Shown: positions 9,570 through 20,087 of the stretch, piece after piece
How the letters are laid out: each line of letters begins with the position of its first letter
Numbering within the stretch: the first letter of the stretch is position 1
Assembly (NCBI GenBank): GCA_963809485.1
Contig: CAWEJX010000013.1
Coordinates: 1 to 47,232 of the forward strand
Origin: an uncultured Acidobacteriota bacterium
GTDB lineage: Bacteria; Acidobacteriota; UBA6911
Length of the DNA: 47,232 nucleotides
Direction: 5' to 3'
Notes under the pieces: model-generated
What the model saw: only the letters and a program-made list of their open reading frames with translations
The model's database searches: none
What the model was told of the DNA's origin: nothing
Translations under genes and position numbers: made by a program

Positions 9570-10772
9570 TCATGGTTCCCGGGCCTTCACGCGGCTTCCG
9601 TCCCTGATTGTGTCGCTCGGATGGACGATCACAACCTCCCCTGCGGCGAAGCCCCGGATCACCTGGGCCTCCGTGCCGTTGCGCGGGCCGACCTCGATCG
9701 TCCGCAGCCGCGCGCGCCCGCTTTCAATGGTGAACACAGCCCAACTCTCTCCGTGACGGAACAGACTGCTGGTGGGCACCTTGAGCACTTCTTTTGCCTG
9801 CCACACGACGACACGCACTTCCACGCGATAGCCGTCTCCCAGCCTTTTCCATGCTTCGAAGGGATCCTCGAAGTCGATGATCACACTCACACGCTGTTCT
9901 TCAACCCCAAGCGCGGAAATTTTCATGAAGCCGGAGGGCTCGATGCGCCGCACGCGTCCGCGCAACGTTTCTTCCCCTCCCCAGCGCTCGATACGGACCG
10001 GATCGCCCGGGTGGATTCTGACGGCATCCGTTGACAGGAAATCGGTAACGATTTCGAGTTGCCGAGGATCTCCCAGTTCCAGCAATGCCTCCCCTGCCGG
10101 CACGACAGACTCGCTTTCGCGCAGCCGCTTCAACACCACTCCGGTGATAGGAGCCCGGATCACGAAAGGCTGCTGCAGGCCGCCCGGTTCGCGGGACACC
10201 GAAAGCAGGCGCGCACGCGCCATGGTCACCTCATGCTCGGCGCTTGCGACACTGAATTCCGAGGCGCGAAGGGCTTCCTCCGCTTCGCGGGCCCGGCTTT
10301 CGGCCGAGTCGAACGCCTGTTGAGCAATGATCTTATCCTCATAAAGGGAGCGCATGCGGACCAGTTCGGATCGCGCCAGGCGGTCTGCGGCGGCAGCTTT
10401 TTCCCGCTCCGCCCGCGCGCGGCCCAGTCCTGCCTCGGCAGCTTTAACTCCCGCTTCGGCTTCCATTCGGCTGCGCACATCCAGCAAGACGGGGTCGGCG
10501 GGCTGGAAAACCGCAACTTCAGTCTGGCCGCGAACGACCTTGTCCCCCGGCTCCAGCTCGATTCGCTGCACCCGCCCGGCTACGGGCGCCGAGATCACGA
10601 ACCGTTTGCGCACACGGGTTTTCCCTTCCTCATCCAGCGTTATCGTCAAGGGTCCTTTTTCGGCGCGCGCCAGATCAACAGCTGCCGGCTTCGGCCAGAA
10701 CGCCACTCCCAAAAGCAATAGAAGGATTGCCGTTCCGGCCAGGTACTTGAGAATCTTCAGCAGGCGCTTCAT
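9570..10772 (-). CDS. Efflux periplasmic adaptor / membrane fusion protein (HlyD/MacA-like)
   Basis: N-terminal TM segment, ISAPVAGRV lipoyl half, coiled-coil hairpin, IRAPITGVV, KVPTSSLF. Confidence 0.9.
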   Translation of the reverse strand: MKRLLKILKYLAGTAILLLLLGVAFWPKPAAVDLARAEKGPLTITLDEEGKTRVRKRFVISAPVAGRVQRIELEPGDKVVRGQTEVAVFQPADPVLLDVRSRMEAEAGVKAAEAGLGRARAEREKAAAADRLARSELVRMRSLYEDKIIAQQAFDSAESRAREAEEALRASEFSVASAEHEVTMARARLLSVSREPGGLQQPFVIRAPITGVVLKRLRESESVVPAGEALLELGDPRQLEIVTDFLSTDAVRIHPGDPVRIERWGGEETLRGRVRRIEPSGFMKISALGVEEQRVSVIIDFEDPFEAWKRLGDGYRVEVRVVVWQAKEVLKVPTSSLFRHGESWAVFTIESGRARLRTIEVGPRNGTEAQVIRGFAAGEVVIVHPSDTIRDGSRVKAREP

Positions 10773-10776
10773 GGGT

Positions 10777-13146
10777 TCACTCCCTGGTTTTAAGAACGGC
10801 GACCAGGTCCAACCGGTCGAGTCTGCGCCGCACGGCGAGTCCTGAGAACGCGGCTGCGATGGCGAGGATGAGAGAAGCGCGCGCGATGTTCTGGTCGGTT
10901 ATGATTAAGGGTATGCGATACAATTCGTTCTCCACTGTGGCAAGAATGCCCTTGGCCATAAGAACACCCATGCCGGCGCCCAGCGGAAGCGCCAAGGCCG
11001 TCAGCAGCGCCAGCTCACCCAAAAGGATGATCGATATTTCCGCCCGCCTGAAACCAAGGACGCGCAGGCTGGCCAGCTCATGAGTACGCTCCGACAGCGA
11101 CACACGCGCCGCATTATAAACCACACCGAACGCTATGATGATTGCGAATACCACGGTGATGGTCGTCATAATGCCCATGTTTTCATCCATCGTGCGCTCG
11201 AAGCTGCGCAAGGCATCCCGCGTCAGGCTCACGCCCGCCACCTCGGGAGTTGATTTAAGCTCCCGGTATAGCCGGGGCATTTCCAGGGAATCAACCTGCA
11301 GATAGGCTCCCGAAAGCCTCCTCCCTTCGCGCATGAGGCGATGGAGGGCGTCCTGATGCATGTACACGGAAAGACCCAGAAATTCGTCCACAAGTCCCGC
11401 GACCTCAACTTCGCGGGTTGGCCGCGATCCTTCCAGGACCTCTATTTGCACCCGGTCACCGGGGGATACGTGGAGGATTTCAGCCAGCTTCATGGAAAGC
11501 AGCAGACCCTCCGCGGGCGGCGCCAGGACTTTGCCCGAGCGGTCCACGATCCGGTTGAGCGTGGGGATTGCCGGCAAGCCCAGGATCGTCAGGTTGCGGG
11601 AGCGGTGGCCATAGCGCAGCCGCACCGGCACCGAGCGCAGCGGCTCCACGTATTCGACGCCCGGCAGCGAACCCAGCTCGTAGAGCGCGGATGCGGAGAC
11701 CGGCTCGACAAAGCTGAGCGTCATATCCTGGCGCTGAACGTAGGAGAACTGCATTTCCTTGAGGACATCCATCGCATCCATAAGGAACAAGCCAACGACC
11801 AGGATCGCCATTGCCAGGGATATGCCCGTAAGCGAGACAATGGACCGGATCGGCTGGCGCTCGATGTTGCGCAGGATTATGCGCGTGATGTGGCTGAGGC
11901 GGGGTCCGAGGAATCCACGTTCCGCCAGGCTGATACGGAACTGCGCGGGTGATGCCGGCCGCATTGCCTCGGCGGGCGGAATGCGGACCGCGCGCCGGAC
12001 GGCCGAAAGAGCGCCCAGGGCTGCGATAACCAGGCTCCCAAGCACTGCGCCGGCTGCGACACGGGCCGATATGCCATAATCAAGAACCGGGAAACGAAAG
12101 TACTGATTATAAAGCCGGATCATGAAGTTGCCGAGCCACGCTCCGGCCGCGATGCCGGTCAAGGCGCCCAGGGCCGCAATCAACAACGCCCACTTGAGAT
12201 AATGCCAGGCAAGCTCGGGGTTCGTGTATCCCAGCGCTTTGAGCGCCGCAATCTGCGGCCTCTGCAAAGTCAAGGCCCGCGTCAGCGCTACGTTGAGGAT
12301 GAACGCGGCCACTCCCAGGAACAGAGCCGGTACGATGAAGCCGAAGCTCTGGAGCTGTTTCAGCTCGCTGTTGAGAGTCCAGTGGGAAAATTGCAGCGCC
12401 CGCGGGATCGCGCCCAGTCCGCCATAGGGCGCCAGCATCCGGTCCAGATCCGCAATCACCTCAGCGCTCGAGGCATTGGGCAAAAGCCGGAGAGAGACAT
12501 CATTGAAGCCTCCCTCCATGTTGAATGCGCTCGCGAGGGCTTTGTGTTCCATCCACAGAATCCCATAACGGCGGTCGTCGGGGATGATCTCACCCGGCGG
12601 GATGGTATACACATACTCGGGCGAGAGGGCGATGCCGACGATGCGAAGCATGCGCCGACGGCCGTTTATGATCGCGGCAATCTCCACTCCCGGCTCGAAA
12701 TCATTGGCGATGGCGAAGGCTTCGCTTGCCAGCACCTCGCCGGGGTGGGAGGCGTCGATCCAGCGGCCGCGCCTCAGATACACGTCGTTGAGCCGGGGAC
12801 GGCCGTCGGCCGGAATCGATATCAGGCGGCCGCGCGACGGCGTATCCACTCCAGGTATGTCCAGCGTCACATCTGCCACGACGCGCGTATCGACCGCCTC
12901 GACACCGGGAATTCCGGCAATGCGTTCCGCCATGCGCCCCGGCACGCGCTTGGCGGCGACAAAAACATCCGCGAAACGCTGGCGGTCGTAGTAGGCCTGC
13001 TGGGTGCGGCGCAGCGACTCAAAATTCGACAGGTACATGATAAACATGGCCACACCCGAAGCAATCACCAGGGCGATCGCGATCGCCTGTCCCTTCATGG
13101 TCAGCAGGTCCCGCAGCAGCTTACGGTTCAGTGCGCTGATTCGCAT
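10777..13146 (-). CDS. ABC transporter permease (FtsX/MacB family, duplicated domain)
   Basis: Two FtsX repeats (QIAALKALGY; ELASLRVLGF), 789 aa, multiple TM segments. Confidence 0.9.
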   Translation of the reverse strand: MRISALNRKLLRDLLTMKGQAIAIALVIASGVAMFIMYLSNFESLRRTQQAYYDRQRFADVFVAAKRVPGRMAERIAGIPGVEAVDTRVVADVTLDIPGVDTPSRGRLISIPADGRPRLNDVYLRRGRWIDASHPGEVLASEAFAIANDFEPGVEIAAIINGRRRMLRIVGIALSPEYVYTIPPGEIIPDDRRYGILWMEHKALASAFNMEGGFNDVSLRLLPNASSAEVIADLDRMLAPYGGLGAIPRALQFSHWTLNSELKQLQSFGFIVPALFLGVAAFILNVALTRALTLQRPQIAALKALGYTNPELAWHYLKWALLIAALGALTGIAAGAWLGNFMIRLYNQYFRFPVLDYGISARVAAGAVLGSLVIAALGALSAVRRAVRIPPAEAMRPASPAQFRISLAERGFLGPRLSHITRIILRNIERQPIRSIVSLTGISLAMAILVVGLFLMDAMDVLKEMQFSYVQRQDMTLSFVEPVSASALYELGSLPGVEYVEPLRSVPVRLRYGHRSRNLTILGLPAIPTLNRIVDRSGKVLAPPAEGLLLSMKLAEILHVSPGDRVQIEVLEGSRPTREVEVAGLVDEFLGLSVYMHQDALHRLMREGRRLSGAYLQVDSLEMPRLYRELKSTPEVAGVSLTRDALRSFERTMDENMGIMTTITVVFAIIIAFGVVYNAARVSLSERTHELASLRVLGFRRAEISIILLGELALLTALALPLGAGMGVLMAKGILATVENELYRIPLIITDQNIARASLILAIAAAFSGLAVRRRLDRLDLVAVLKTRE

Positions 13147-13178
13147 GCTCCCTGTGCCCGTCCTGAAGAATTCCTAAT

Positions 13179-13901
13179 TCACCACGACAACTCCTGCGGC
13201 GAGCGCCGTTGCAGGTTGCGCTCGACGCATGCAATGTGACCGTCCGACAGCCTCACCACCCGGTCCGCCATGGCCGCAATCGCCGCGTTATGGGTGATGA
13301 CCACGGTTGCGGTGCCCAATTCCCGGTTTACCCGGGCGATCGCTTCAAGCACGACGATGCCCGTGCCGATATCGAGGGCCCCGGTCGGTTCATCGCAAAG
13401 CAATACGGCAGGACGCTTGGCAATCGCGCGGGCAATCGCCACCCGTTGCTGCTCTCCTCCGGAAAGCTGGGAGGGAAAATGGTCCATGCGATCGGAGAGA
13501 TTGACGAGTCCCAAAGCTTCTTCCGGCGCCATCGGGTTCTCCACTATCTCGGTGACAAGGCCGACGTTCTCGCGCGCGGTCAGGCTCGGTATGAGGTTGT
13601 AGAATTGGAAAACGAATCCGATATGGTGGCGGCGGTACTCGGTCAGCGCGCTCTCGCCGGCAATGGTAAGGTCGCGGTCACGGTAAAAAACCTGGCCGCT
13701 TGAAGGCACGTCCAGTCCCCCCAATATGTTGAGGAGCGTAGATTTGCCGCTGCCCGAGGGACCGAGCAGCACAACGAATTCAGATTCGGCCAGTTCGAGG
13801 TCTACCCCGCGGAGCGCATGGACCTCGACTTCCCCCATGTGGTAGACCTTCGTAATCCCGGTAGCCTTGAAAACATAACCGTCAGAAGCCGTCATGAGCA
13901 T
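13179..13901 (-). CDS. ABC transporter ATP-binding protein (LolD/MacB-like)
   Basis: GPSGSGKST Walker [10 protein letters not shown] signature, [11 protein letters not shown] Walker B. Confidence 0.95.
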   Translation of the reverse strand: MLMTASDGYVFKATGITKVYHMGEVEVHALRGVDLELAESEFVVLLGPSGSGKSTLLNILGGLDVPSSGQVFYRDRDLTIAGESALTEYRRHHIGFVFQFYNLIPSLTARENVGLVTEIVENPMAPEEALGLVNLSDRMDHFPSQLSGGEQQRVAIARAIAKRPAVLLCDEPTGALDIGTGIVVLEAIARVNRELGTATVVITHNAAIAAMADRVVRLSDGHIACVERNLQRRSPQELSW

Positions 13902-13984
13902 GCCAGATAAGCTCCATCAGTTTATATAGCCAGAATGCAGGTATCAACAGGAACCCGAACCGTGAATGGACCAACCGGAAAGCA

Positions 13985-14137
13985 ACAGTTCCAGGATCTT
14001 TGAACGCCGACATACGCTGACAAAACGCTGACGAACGCTGATCAATGGGGCAACGGTCGGCGTGCAGGAGCCAACTTGGTTCATCCAACCGCTTTGAGCG
14101 GTAAACGATCGAGCCTCCGGCTCTGCTTGTAGTTGAC
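13985..14137 (-). repeat. Repeat family copy in reverse orientation (TCAGCG module plus IS200/IS605-like end)
   Basis: CGCYGA units at 14005, 14015, 14026 and 14036. TCCAACCGCTTTGAGCGG...GCCTCCGGCTCTGC...TGAC (14084-14137) matches the reverse complement of the 1708/32655 end. Confidence 0.7.
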
Positions 14138-14181
14138 TATCTCTGCAGCTTTTTAAATCGCGGAATGTCCAATGTAGAATT

Positions 14182-14772
14182 TTACGGCTGTCTCGCGATG
14201 TAGGCCTTCACGGTGCGCCGGTCGAGGTTAACGCGGCGTGCCACTTCCCCGTAGGTTCCGAGGCGTTGATAAAGCAGCCTGCAATAACCGGACAACAGAG
14301 CATCCGCGTCCAGCCTGCCCTCCGCAATACCAGCCTGCAGTTTGCCGCAGAGGCCGGGCGCATCGGCCGTCCAATCGCTTTGATATTGCAGCGTCAACAA
14401 AACGCGCCGCACCGCCTGCTCCAGCTACCGCACATTGCCCGGCCAGGCATAATCCGTACCCAGGGATGCGATGAGCGCACGTCGAACCATGGATACCGTT
14501 CCGGGAGCGCTTTCGCCCGTAAGCCGCCGGACGGTCAAGGTAATGAGATCCTCCAGCTCGGCCGGTTCTTCGGCGATGCGCTGCCTCAGCGACGGCACTG
14601 TGATGACGTCGGAACAGAGCCGGTAAAAAAAATCGTCCCGCAGCTGTCCCGCCCGGCGAAGGCTATCCAGCGGCTTATTGGTTGCGGCGATGATCCGGCC
14701 GCGAAACCTCAGCATCTCATGGGATCCGACCGGAGAGAACATACGATCCTGTAGCACATGAAGCAGCTTTGC
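14182..14772 (-). pseudogene. Remnant of a sigma-54-dependent enhancer-binding protein (C-terminal AAA+ part plus HTH)
   Basis: KLLHVLQDR, RIIAATN, LRDDFFYRL, YAWPGNVR*LEQ with an in-frame TAG at 14425-14427 replacing the conserved Glu. Walker A and GAFTGA regions are absent. Confidence 0.8.
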
Positions 14773-14946
14773 GGCTATGCCGGATTCGCGATATGCGACC
14801 GGAGCCTGAATCTCGATAGTCCCTTTGTGCTCTTCCCGGTCGCGGCAATCCTTTATGCTTTTGCCTGGGCATTAGGCAGAAGGTCCGGGGCCGGTCCCCG
14901 TTGAATGCATGGCTGAATCGCCAGCTTTCAAAATGGGCCTGAAAAT

Positions 14947-14966
14947 ATGTATAGCATAATATACAT
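14947..14966. promoter_or_regulatory. Inverted repeat, candidate operator of the downstream small HTH regulator
   Basis: ATGTATA-N6-TATACAT in an AT-rich stretch upstream of 15030. Confidence 0.45.
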
Positions 14967-15029
14967 TTATTATAGTTTAATATTCATATACACTTTTCGT
15001 CATTGCAGTGCCGGCAAGGAGGAGCATCC

Positions 15030-15257
15030 TTGAGGCTAGGAAACAATCTCAGGCGTTGCCGTTTTGAGCACGACGGAATCTCCCAGCAGGCTCTCGCCAA
15101 TGCGGTCGGCGTTACCCGGCTGACCATACATTCCATAGAAAAGGGCAAGTTTGTTCCCTCCGCCCTGCTTGCACTCAAACTTGCACGGTTCTTCGGAAAA
15201 GCGTTTGAGGAAGTTTTTTATCTGGCTGATGACGAAAATGTTCCGGGGGAATCATGA
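15030..15257 (+). CDS. Small Cro/C1 (XRE) HTH regulator
   Basis: SQQALANAVGVTRLTIHSIEKGKFVPS. TTG start after GGAGGAG; stop overlaps the next ATG. Confidence 0.85.
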   Translation: MRLGNNLRRCRFEHDGISQQALANAVGVTRLTIHSIEKGKFVPSALLALKLARFFGKAFEEVFYLADDENVPGES

Positions 15258-16153
15258 AGAAAGGATTTTCGATTGCCAACGGACTGGCCCTGCTTTTTGC
15301 GCTTATCTCCATCGCCTGGCTGATTTATGACTTTTTCGCCTTTGGCATAGTCCGGTCCCGCATGCGTCTCCTGCAGCCTATATCGCCGGCCGATTTGACT
15401 CTCGCCAATTTCATCTGGCTCGGTCTCGTCGTCTTCCTGGTTTCGCACATCATCGGCTTGGTCGCCATAGCCAGCCAGTTCCACTATTTCCGGAAGGCGA
15501 GTGTGTTGCGCATTGTGGCGCTGATCCTGGGCATCTTTTCGTCTGTGATGTTGTTGGCGGATTTCGCCTGCCTGACGGATATCGGCAACGACTATGAAAA
15601 GGGGCGGGTGGCTGAGCTCGAGTTCAGAGTTCTTTACAGGATCGCCGCAATCCGGGGAATCGCCTATTTTGCCCTGATCGCCAACCTGATCGAGGCATTC
15701 ATTCAACGGCGCAAAATCCGGACCCAGGAAAAAGTGGCTAAGGATGAGGTGATCCTCACCCTGGTGCACAGTGTCGGCGTGTTTTGCGGTATCGCCGGTC
15801 TTTTCTTCGCGCATGCTGCTTTCCTGATCCGGATCACCCACCCGCTTCTTTATTTCACTTTCCCGTTCCTATTTGTTCTCACCCTGATTCCCTATTTTCT
15901 GCTTGCCGGATACTGGCTGTTCATTAAATTGAAAGAAAAACCTGCCGGTTGGCATGACGAAAAGGAGTTCCAGGACATCTCGAAGGCGGGGCTCGTCTCA
16001 ATGCTAGCGACCGTTCCCTTCCTGGCAATTATTTATATTTTCAACTACAACGGGCCCAAGGGACCGATCGACATTCTGTGGTTCCCGTTTTACCTCTATT
16101 TTGTGATGCTCATCTTTTCTCTAACCTCCCTGTATTTCAGCCGGATGGATTGA
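15254..16153 (+). CDS. Hypothetical integral membrane protein
   Basis: About 8 hydrophobic segments. Translationally coupled to the HTH gene (ATGA overlap). Confidence 0.75.
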   Translation: MKKGFSIANGLALLFALISIAWLIYDFFAFGIVRSRMRLLQPISPADLTLANFIWLGLVVFLVSHIIGLVAIASQFHYFRKASVLRIVALILGIFSSVMLLADFACLTDIGNDYEKGRVAELEFRVLYRIAAIRGIAYFALIANLIEAFIQRRKIRTQEKVAKDEVILTLVHSVGVFCGIAGLFFAHAAFLIRITHPLLYFTFPFLFVLTLIPYFLLAGYWLFIKLKEKPAGWHDEKEFQDISKAGLVSMLATVPFLAIIYIFNYNGPKGPIDILWFPFYLYFVMLIFSLTSLYFSRMD

Positions 16154-16179
16154 ACAAAAAAAGGTTGGGGTGCAGGGCG

Positions 16180-16995
16180 CTATTCGTGCAGAAACGCGGC
16201 GATCTCCGCCAGGGCTTTTGAGTCCTGGGCGAAGAACAGGTGGCCTCCTTCAAACACGCGCAGGCGTGCGGTCGGCACGCGGGCGACAATCGCCTCGCTG
16301 TTCGACACAGGCGCAAGGTTGTCGTACCTGCCTGCTGCAACGAACGTCGGACACGTGATGCGATGCAGCCGGTCGGCTGCATCGTGGCATCCGCGGGCTT
16401 CCAGCTGAAGCCGTTCACCCCTCAGCCGGTCAGGGGATTTCTGCGCGCAGGTCCTCTGCGCAGATTCCGCGACTAATGCCGCATCGGCAGGATGCCCGGC
16501 TAGCCACTCCTCCGTAAATCGTGAGTCGGTCAGCAGAGGCATCCGCTGCAGCCGTTCCTCAAGAGGCAGCGCAGCAAGTTCATGCAGCGGATAAGAGGCC
16601 CCCAGGGCGCCGCCGGGCGAGGTGCACATCAACACCAGTCTTTGGACCCGTTCCGGATACGTGACCGCAAATTCCAGCGCGACCATTCCGCCGAAGCTAT
16701 ATCCTGCAATAGCACATTTGTTCCAGCCGATGTCATCGAGCAGCGCTGCCCCGTCCGCCGCATAGTCGGGCATCGAATATGGGCCTTCAGGTATTCCGGA
16801 CTTGCCGAGGCCGCGCTGATCATGCGCCGCCACCCGGCATGTCCGCCCCAATGCGCTGATCAGGCACGCTGAAGATTCAAGCGTCAGCCCGGAGCCGTTG
16901 AAAAACAGGACGCATGGACCATCACCCTTCACCTCGTAATAGATTGCACAGCCTGCACGGTGAAAAATGCGGCCGGATAAGGCTTCGTCCTGCAC
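16180..16995 (-). CDS. Alpha/beta hydrolase
   Basis: DQRGLGKS, GYSFGG nucleophile elbow, GRYD acid, GGH histidine. Confidence 0.9.
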   Translation of the reverse strand: MQDEALSGRIFHRAGCAIYYEVKGDGPCVLFFNGSGLTLESSACLISALGRTCRVAAHDQRGLGKSGIPEGPYSMPDYAADGAALLDDIGWNKCAIAGYSFGGMVALEFAVTYPERVQRLVLMCTSPGGALGASYPLHELAALPLEERLQRMPLLTDSRFTEEWLAGHPADAALVAESAQRTCAQKSPDRLRGERLQLEARGCHDAADRLHRITCPTFVAAGRYDNLAPVSNSEAIVARVPTARLRVFEGGHLFFAQDSKALAEIAAFLHE

Positions 16996-17030
16996 AGGCC
17001 CTCCTCAGAGGCGAAGGGGGAGAATCATCC

Positions 17031-17891
17031 CTAAAAGCCGGCGAACTCCACCTGGAGGTTGGGGACCAGGCAGACCTTCATCCCGTCGATTCCGCCGGCC
17101 TGCTGCATCAGTTTTTGCAGGGAAGCAGGATCTGAAGGATTCAAAATGCTCAGGAAGGAGGCATTGCCGGCGGCCGCCAGAAGCTTGTCCATATCCATCT
17201 CAAGCAGGTTGATGCGATTTTCCGTCAGGCAGGGGCAGGAAGGGGTCAAAATTTTCCCCAGCAGGTCCACGGAAACAGCAAACCGCATTCCCCCGAAAAT
17301 TTTGCGCACCTGTTCCAAATCCTCAAGGGTTGGAGCAGGAGGGATCTTTGATTCGGCGGAATCCGGTGATGACTTAGCCTCGGAATCCTTTTTCGGCGTT
17401 TGTTCTGAATGCTGGATGGTGAGTCTTGACCTGCCGCCCGGCAATTTTTCCATATGAAGCGTTCCCATGTTCGCGCGCTCTGCGGAAGGCAAAGAATCCG
17501 CACCCGGCAAAGCCGAGGAGGGAGAGCCCAGCTTCAGCTGATTGACATCCGAAAATTCATAAACCGCTTCCATCCCCTCCTGCTCCGCGGTGGAAACAGG
17601 CTTGAACGAAATAAGCCTCACGCCGGTCCCCAGCTTGGCGGCCCGATCTATTGCCTGCTTTTCCGAGAACATCTGCCCCGGCTCGATTTTAGGTTTCTTT
17701 GCCGCCCCGGTCTGCTGGCCGAAGCCGTCCATCATGGACTGCAATTGCGAAAGGAAAGCTTTTTGAATGGCGACCCTCTCGACAACTTTCCCCTGCCCGT
17801 CGGGCTGCAACTGCACCCGCATTTCGACGGAAAAACAACCGGTCATAGCCAGATTCAAAGCTGCCAACAGGAACAGTGCCAGTTTTCTCAC
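17031..17891 (-). CDS. Hypothetical lipoprotein
   Basis: GTG 17891 after GGAGG gives MRKLALFLLAALNLAMTGC (lipobox-like). The upstream extension in the ORF track overlaps a repeat. Confidence 0.7.
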   Translation of the reverse strand: MRKLALFLLAALNLAMTGCFSVEMRVQLQPDGQGKVVERVAIQKAFLSQLQSMMDGFGQQTGAAKKPKIEPGQMFSEKQAIDRAAKLGTGVRLISFKPVSTAEQEGMEAVYEFSDVNQLKLGSPSSALPGADSLPSAERANMGTLHMEKLPGGRSRLTIQHSEQTPKKDSEAKSSPDSAESKIPPAPTLEDLEQVRKIFGGMRFAVSVDLLGKILTPSCPCLTENRINLLEMDMDKLLAAAGNASFLSILNPSDPASLQKLMQQAGGIDGMKVCLVPNLQVEFAGF

Positions 17892-18040
17892 GGGCCGCCT
17901 CCGAATAATTTCCGCAAAGCAGGCAAAATTTGAATTTATGCGGTTTGAGGTGGAATTGTCCTGGCCTGCGGAATTTGCGCCGTCGGAATAGCCCTGCGTC
18001 GGTTGGAATTCGCGATACTTCGAGGTTCCCTGCATCGCAC

Positions 18041-18132
18041 TGCCCTGGATTGCCCGGAGACTCGCAGAGCCTGTCAACTCCCGGATCAAGTGCCGCCGAC
18101 AAACGCTGAAAAAGGCGCTGACTTGGGCCGAT
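18041..18132 (-). repeat. TCAGCG-period repeat family, reverse copy
   Basis: CGCCGA/CGCTGA units at 18094, 18104 and 18116 plus GGCCGA at 18126, with a diverged tail. Confidence 0.6.
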
Positions 18133-18193
18133 CCATGCGGTGAGGGTCGGCCGAAGTCAGCGGCTAAAGCCGATTAAGCACATCCGATCGCTG

Positions 18194-19798
18194 CTATTCC
18201 AGGTTCGCCACACGTTTCTGGCGGTATTCCGTTTTTTGACAGGAAAACTGCTTTTCAATCTGTTCGCGGAAAGCGATGCCGGAATTGTAGGCGCAGAACG
18301 GGTAGAGCCGCCCGTCAGGCGCAGAATAGTGAATGACGCAGCGCTTGACGCGTTCCACCTCGTAATTATAAGAATCCATGAAATGCATGCCGGCCACCAT
18401 GAGGGTTTTGTACGTGTAGGTGCCGTCATTCTTGCCGCGGCCGGCTCTCTTGTCGAGCAACCCCTCGATGGTCTGGCCGAGCTTGGCCAGCGTTAAACCT
18501 TCCGGGGCCTTGCTTGGATCGAAACGCTTATTGGCGCTGCTGAAGAGGCTGAACTTGCTGAGGTTGCTATAAAGCGTCTTGAATGTCGTTTTGTTTTGGA
18601 GCCTTTCCGCCTCCTTCTGGATATCGTCGAACAATCCCTTGATATCCAGAAAACGTGTGACCGGTGTGGGCTTTTTGTTCTGGTCAACGAAAAAATAGGT
18701 CCCGATACCGCAGAGCGGATGGCAGGAAACCATGACATTGGGTTCGTTCCTCAAGGCTTGAATCAGCTCGGTGATCGGGGTGGTGCAGGAAAGCGGGAAC
18801 CAGTCCTCCTTGGTTGTGTAGCCCAGCTCGTTGACGCGGTTTGCCAGATCGGACAAAGTGAAGCGCATTTTGTCGCGTTCGGCTTCGTTGATGCGGCCCG
18901 TCAGTGCGACGGGCTGAAAACTGATGCCGGAACATACGTCGATGGTATCCAGGGCGAACTGGACGATCTTCGGAACCTGGTCGTCGTTCAGGCCGCCGAC
19001 GATGGTCGGAACGTAGACGATTTTGAGGCCGGCCTTGCGGACATTTTCGATGGCCTTCATCTTGATATCCAGAAGGTCTTTCCGGCCGCGGATCTTTTCA
19101 TACAGGGTCGGATCGGTGCCATCGAACTGCAGATATAGAGTATGAAGCCCGGCTTCCCTGGATTTTTCCGCGAACGAAGGGTCTTCGGCGAACTTGAGGC
19201 CATTGGTGGCGCATTGCACCTGGGAGAACCCCATTTCGCCGGCCTTTTTCAGTATCCTGAACCAGTCCGGGTGAAGAGTCGGTTCGCCGCCGGCAAACTG
19301 GATGACCCGGCCCGAGACCGGACGGGAGTCGCGAAGCGTCTGGAGCATCTGCACAACCTGTTCGTAGGACGGCTCGTAGATATAATCCTTAACATTCGCG
19401 TTTGCGAAGCAGATCGGGCACGAAAGGTTGCAGCGGTTGGTCAAATCTATGTTGGCCAGCACGGGGTGGCTGACGTGCAAATTGCACAGTCCGCAGTCGT
19501 CCGGGCACACTTTGGCATCCGTTATGGCAGGATTCGCAACCCCGCGGCCGACATCGCGGTTCCAGGCCATCATGCGGTGATAATAGTATGCGTCCGATAA
19601 AAGCACTTCCCTGAAGAAACCATGTTCGGGACAGGTTTTCTCCATGATGACCTTGCCGTCCTTTTCGAGGACCTCGGCTTCCAGCTTTGCCGTGCACTCA
19701 GGACAAAGCGAAATGGCTTTGTACGGCAAATCGGCCTGCAGAGGGTTGATGAGGGCGCCGGTCAGGGTTTTTCTTTCGGACGGGGTTTTCTTAGCCAT
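18194..19798 (-). CDS. Radical SAM protein, tetraether synthase (Tes/GDGT-MAS, MJ0619-like) family
   Basis: N-terminal CPEC...CPEH, CPDDCGLCNLH, radical SAM CNLSCPIC, SCHPLC, C-terminal MHFMDSYN...KRCVIHY...PFCAYN. Confidence 0.75.
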   Translation of the reverse strand: MAKKTPSERKTLTGALINPLQADLPYKAISLCPECTAKLEAEVLEKDGKVIMEKTCPEHGFFREVLLSDAYYYHRMMAWNRDVGRGVANPAITDAKVCPDDCGLCNLHVSHPVLANIDLTNRCNLSCPICFANANVKDYIYEPSYEQVVQMLQTLRDSRPVSGRVIQFAGGEPTLHPDWFRILKKAGEMGFSQVQCATNGLKFAEDPSFAEKSREAGLHTLYLQFDGTDPTLYEKIRGRKDLLDIKMKAIENVRKAGLKIVYVPTIVGGLNDDQVPKIVQFALDTIDVCSGISFQPVALTGRINEAERDKMRFTLSDLANRVNELGYTTKEDWFPLSCTTPITELIQALRNEPNVMVSCHPLCGIGTYFFVDQNKKPTPVTRFLDIKGLFDDIQKEAERLQNKTTFKTLYSNLSKFSLFSSANKRFDPSKAPEGLTLAKLGQTIEGLLDKRAGRGKNDGTYTYKTLMVAGMHFMDSYNYEVERVKRCVIHYSAPDGRLYPFCAYNSGIAFREQIEKQFSCQKTEYRQKRVANLE

Positions 19799-20087
19799 TA
19801 ATCATTTCCTCACAGATTTCATTGGACAACCGTAATACACATGCTTCACGCTCTGTGCGATCGAATTCCTCGCTCCGGGCATCTGACAGCCAAGCGGACT
19901 GCAAATTACAGCCCTGAAGTGGGATCCGTCTCTCGACCCCAAACCATAAACCTGTAATTTTACATCGAAATCCGTCATGTGAAATAGGAATTTACGAAAC
20001 ATGGGGACAGTCACCAGTGTCCCCGGACCCAAATGAAATGGGTCTTTCTTAGCCTGCGGGGAGCACGGGTGCCTGGCCCCTTTTAAT

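Noticed and set aside
14425-14427. In-frame TAG as pyrrolysine
   Set aside because: It replaces the conserved Glu of GNVRELE in a 5'-truncated gene, so a nonsense mutation is simpler.
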